A stretch of 62,970 nucleotides of DNA, the filler included, from Lenisia limosa (lineage: Eukaryota; Protista; Breviatea): NCBI GenBank assembly GCA_001655205.1. It is 11 parts of 11 records of this genome, joined end to end, with 100 filler letters (N's around TTAATTAATTAA, not from the genome) between each part and the next. Parts side by side here need not be neighbours in the genome. Positions count along the whole stretch, not along the records: positions 61,345 to 62,970 come from LPNZ01002036.1; 10 more parts are not named here. One strand, 5' to 3'. The notes beneath the pieces are model-generated. The model was not told the DNA's origin. It saw only the letters and a program-made list of their open reading frames with translations, and did no database searches. Shown here piece by piece: positions 61,245-62,970 of the stretch (its first letter is position 1; each line of letters opens with the position of its first letter). The position numbers were made by a program, and so were the translations under genes.

Positions 61245-61427
61245 NNNNNNNNNNNNNNNNNNNNNNNNNNNNNNNNNNNNNNNNNNNNTTAATTAATTAA
61301 NNNNNNNNNNNNNNNNNNNNNNNNNNNNNNNNNNNNNNNNNNNNACAAACAAAGCCCAGGACAGTCGCTTCTGCAGCACCGCATCCCAGTTAATGGAGAA
61401 ATGGAAATAAGACACTAAGAGAGCGAC

Positions 61428-62565
61428 TCAACAACTCCATACCCCTACCTCAAATTGTCTCTGATTTCGCGAAATCTGATCAAAGCAGGAAACACAAATG
61501 GGGATTTCTCCGGGTTCGATACTCATTCGACTTGCTGCGGTTTTATAACATGAATGGGGGGGAGGAGGGTGTTTAAACCCATCAAGATTACGATTTGATG
61601 GATATTTTTCTCTTTTTGTCTCTCTCAATTAGGGCTTCATTTCGGCTCGAAAAAAGACTGAATTTCTCGATAAATCCTCGAAAACCATCGATACTTTCCC
61701 GAACTGAACTTAAGCCTTACTCTCATCTTTAAATATTATTGATAGGCCAGCCCACTTGGATCATTGGCATCAACTGGGTGGATTGTCACCTGAAAAAGTT
61801 TATCATAATCATACCACCCTTTTCATCGCTAAAGTTGTATAGATTTAACTAGGGCTTCACTTCGGTTCGAAAAAGACTGATAAAATATCGATTTATCGAG
61901 AAATTCAGTCTTTTTTAACTGAAGTGAAGCGTTAGATTTAACCATGAGAACTCTGAAATCTACGTTCTGACAGACAATGTTTGTTAAGGTAAAACTTCAA
62001 ACAGAACAGATATTATCAGCTTTTCAAAATCGCGTGATGTATATAGATGAACCTCTTGTCCTTGGGGTACTGCCCACCTCAGTTGAGGTGCATTTTGAGC
62101 AAAAAACCTCGGCACAGAGACGGCAGTGATGCTTTCGGTTAATCAGATTGAACTTTTTCCTGGTTTGTCAGAACAACGTGAAACTAGCTATAAAGAAATC
62201 AAATGCTTCAATAGCTTCAAATTAAAGAAAAACTACTTGGGAACAGGATAACACTAACTATTCTCTTAGGTCCAAAAAAAGAAAAAAATACAACGCAAAG
62301 AAATACTAATAATTTACCTGTCACTTGGAACCAAAAGGCAAAGTACCCCCCCCCCCNNNNNNNNNNNNNNNNNNNNNNNNNNNNNNNNNNNNNNNNNNNN
62401 NNNNNNNNNNNNNNNNNNNNNNNNNNNNNNNNNNATCACGCTCTTCTCTACCTCGTAGCTGAATGAGTTTTTGATTGCCTGTTGGATACTCAGGCTTTTG
62501 ATCTTTTTTGAGATCTGCCAACGTAAATGCATTTTGGAATGCGAATATGTTCGAATCGAATTCAT
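61428..62565 (-). CDS. FYVE zinc-finger protein (partial, N gap in the 5' part)
   Basis: Spliced reading KKFNLINRKHHCRLCAEVFCSKCTSTE|VTIHPVDANDP|TSRMSIEPGEIPICVSCFDQI contains the R(R/K)HHCR signature and CxxC pairs. Confidence 0.8.
61630..61719. mobile_element. hAT-type MITE family A copy (FYVE gene intron)
   Basis: TAGGGCTTCATTTCGG...AAGCCTTA; flanks CTCTCAAT / CTCTCATC. Confidence 0.85.
61850..61934. mobile_element. hAT-type MITE family A copy with a perfect TSD (FYVE gene intron)
   Basis: GATTTAAC|TAGGGCTTCACTTCGG...GAAGTGAAGCGTTA|GATTTAAC. Confidence 0.88.
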
Positions 62566-62970
62566 CAGATTAAAGCATATTGATGTTTGAAAAGAGAGAT
62601 GTTGAATACTATGAATGTGTCACATTTTGTTTTATTGAAATTATTTTACCCAACTTACATCTTCCAGACGCTTCAGTTTCTCATCACTATCTTTACTCTT
62701 CATGTCACTAAAATATTAGGAAAGTAAAAAAAAAAGGCAAATATTGTACAGCAAATCTAACTCTATTTGTTGATTAACACACAAATTGTTGTCTTCCACA
62801 TGTATTTAACACACACTGCCTTCTGTCTTTAATATTTGTGGCAACAATTGTTTATTATTCAATCCAAAGATACACCATTGAAATTTCAATTGCCCTCCAC
62901 TGCCACTCCTCAATCAATATCATCTATGATTTAGCAATGAGAAATAAAAAATAAGGATGTATCTGGCCGA

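Overview
Fragmented draft assembly of an intron-dense eukaryote, most likely a flagellated protist. It uses the standard genetic code and GT-AG introns; no species can be assigned. Ten 100-bp artificial linkers (44 N + TTAATTAATTAA + 44 N) and many N gaps break the window, so most gene boundaries are approximate and read by eye. Recognisable genes in order: Rxt3-domain protein (-), LRRC34-like LRR protein (+), HMG-CoA synthase (-), CHTOP/FoP-like RG-rich protein (+), two orphan genes (-), an LRR gene 3' end (+), a decayed DIRS/Ngaro-type RT-RNaseH remnant, a WD40 protein (+), a Cys-rich multi-TM receptor-like protein (+), tRNA-Pro(AGG) (-), a bacterial-type SAM methyltransferase (+), two low-complexity/coiled-coil proteins, a TM-Cache-TM-HAMP-cyclase receptor whose cyclase lacks its catalytic residues (-), importin-4 (+), a K/E-coil plus FG-motif protein (+), a divergent dynein heavy chain C-terminus (+) and a FYVE protein (-). 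Non-coding highlights: about 13 copies of an Ac-type hAT MITE with 8-bp nTnnnnAn TSDs, 4 copies of a Tc1/mariner-type MITE, a strand-specific splice-site pattern (G-runs just after donors, C-runs just before acceptors), and a candidate single-hairpin H/ACA RNA in an HMGCS intron.
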